Below are positions 63,180-64,000 of a stretch of DNA of 64,000 bases, piece by piece. How positions within the stretch are numbered: the first letter of the stretch is position 1; each line of letters begins with the position of its first letter. Position numbers and translations under genes: made by a program. The stretch is from assembly GCA_051362555.1 (NCBI GenBank), contig CM120641.1:45266401-45330400 (forward strand). The letters run 5' to 3'. Source of the DNA: Lingula anatina. Lineage: Eukaryota > Animalia > Brachiopoda. Below the pieces are notes generated by a model. The model worked only from the letters and a program-made list of their open reading frames with translations, did no database searches and was not told the origin of the DNA.

Positions 63180-64000
63180 CCATTACACGTTACATAAATA
63201 ATTCACATGGGGCGTTTATATTTTTGCCTCATTGTATATATCTACTGTCTTTACAAGACGTTCGTTTTGACATTTGACCTACGGAATATTGCACAAACAG
63301 TTGATGACCAACTTGACCATATAGACATTCAATTCACTTTTATCTTCTGCACTTTCGGCTGCTCTGGGTTGGTTCCCAGAAAGGATCAGCTGATTACGGC
63401 CATCTGTTGATCTAGCATAGCATTAACGCAACAAAGAGGGCAATTTGTTCACGACAAATTTGTAAATGTTAGCGTTGGTAAAAAAAACCTGTAATGGTGA
63501 TTTTTCGTGACACACGCTGTGCCTTTCCCGAAATGACAATAGTCCATGGCATCGGAAATAAAATAAGACTTTAAATATTAGAAAAGTTCCGCAGTGGTAA
63601 GAGGAAAATAATGCGGAACCGTGAACATACGCAATATATCGCAAGTGTCGTGAAGTGGAAGGCGGGCTTCAACTTGATAATATAAAATAACTTAAATCCG
63701 TCACTTACATTTACTGTAGGAATATTAAGATGTTAAATTTGGAAACTTATAATGTAGCAAATATTTACGCATGATCTAGTTTAGAAAATCAACCCCAAGG
63801 GGAGTAATACAAAAATCCAATACTACAGTCTTATAACAGGCTACACATACCTGTTCAAGATTGGCAGAAGTTGTAGATAGGAAAAAGGTTACTGCATCAT
63901 CAAGAATCAAAAATGGTTTATATCAAGTGTCACAATAGTTCTGAACTTCTTTTGTTCTAAACACTTTGAAGTTGTTTTGATTTTTATTGCTGACCCGAGA

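Overview
AT-rich, intron-dense metazoan genomic DNA, most likely an invertebrate with gene-body CpG methylation. It holds two convergent genes. (1) + strand: the 3' end of a conventional protein kinase C (PKC alpha/beta-like). Two common exons (754-861, 1911-2051) are followed by two alternative 153-nt terminal exons, 3985-4137 (alpha/betaII-like tail) and 7264-7416 (betaI-like tail), the same order as in vertebrate PRKCB. Two further cryptic phase-0 acceptors lie in the same intron. (2) - strand: an apparently complete winged eye/TNRC18/BAHCC1-family chromatin reader. I reconstructed it by hand as 28 coding exons (51330 to 12886) with consistent phases, 7209 nt or about 2402 aa, containing polyQ, a coiled coil, up to six AT-hook-like motifs, tandem Tudor and a C-terminal BAH domain. 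Other features are several non-autonomous inverted-repeat elements, microsatellites, a duplicated 5' splice site, candidate poison/cassette exons, uORFs, and a sharp switch from CpG-poor to CpG-rich sequence near 45 kb. No convincing gene was found in 53.5-64 kb. All calls come from manual reading; no searches were run.
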